A stretch of 63,744 nt of DNA, the filler included, from Folioceros fuciformis (lineage: Eukaryota), in assembly GCA_049999805.1 (NCBI GenBank). It is 11 parts of 11 records of this genome, joined end to end, with 100 filler letters (N's around TTAATTAATTAA, not from the genome) between each part and the next. Parts side by side here need not be neighbours in the genome. Positions count along the whole stretch, not along the records: positions 62,404 to 63,744 come from JBNGIO010001450.1; 10 more parts are not named here. One strand, 5' to 3'. Shown here one piece after another: positions 63,372 through 63,744 of the stretch. Each line of letters begins with the position of its first letter. Positions within the stretch are counted from its first letter, which is position 1. Under the pieces are notes generated by a model. That model was not told where the DNA came from and ran no database searches. It saw only the letters and a program-made list of their open reading frames with translations. The position numbers were made by a program, and so were the translations under genes.

Positions 63372-63744
63372 CCTACTGCAAACAAGACTTACGGGTGAGG
63401 CCTGTGTCCTTAGTATTGTGGAATGTAGCTCTTCCTTCTGTGCTCTTATTTGCGTGCCATCAGGCGACATGGAGGGTTAGCTACCAAAACACTGCAACAG
63501 TTTGAAAAATAGGTCAGGTGGATCAACCCTCGAAGTTAATCCAATCACCTGTACGCTGGTTTTCCCCGATTGCTGCCTCTTCTTCTTGCAATATTTTCAG
63601 CAGCCCAAGCAGTCTATGTGCCTCCTGTAGCAGCCTCATCAAACTGGTCTCATCGCCAGTATCTGCTGGGAGCTCTTCTTCTCTCCGGGTTTCGCCCATC
63701 ACAAGGTCACGTTGAACAACACTTTCCAGCCGCCAACCCTTAAG

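Overview
Eukaryotic, non-flowering land-plant nuclear DNA. The short introns, high gene density and a WW-type PLS-PPR gene point to a hornwort, fern or lycophyte (inference). The window is not one locus: it is 11 contigs joined by artificial 100-bp linkers (44 N + TTAATTAATTAA + 44 N), so adjacency across linkers means nothing. Genes: a ZIP transporter (At3g08650-like), a ceramide synthase (LAG1/LOH), a polyphenol oxidase 3' end, a SpoU/TrmH-like gene, a SAC/FIG4 phosphatase, PRP40C, amidophosphoribosyltransferase, an alpha2delta/CACHD1-like VWA-dCache membrane protein plus a tandem pseudogene, a bacterial-like beta-helix protein, RNC1, LSD1/LOL1, JMJ30/JMJD5 and a PLS-E+ PPR. The rest is Copia/LTR and LINE debris plus minisatellites. 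Most interesting: (1) an alpha2delta-like single-pass protein with a near-intact amino-acid-binding dCache motif (YDVRQRPWY...YTD), an intact MIDAS and a possible receptor-kinase remnant in its tail; (2) a TrmH-type SPOUT paralog with substituted catalytic residues, apparently fused to a transposase-like HTH region; (3) an HGT-candidate beta-helix gene; (4) an intronless SAC segment. All calls were made by eye, with no database searches.
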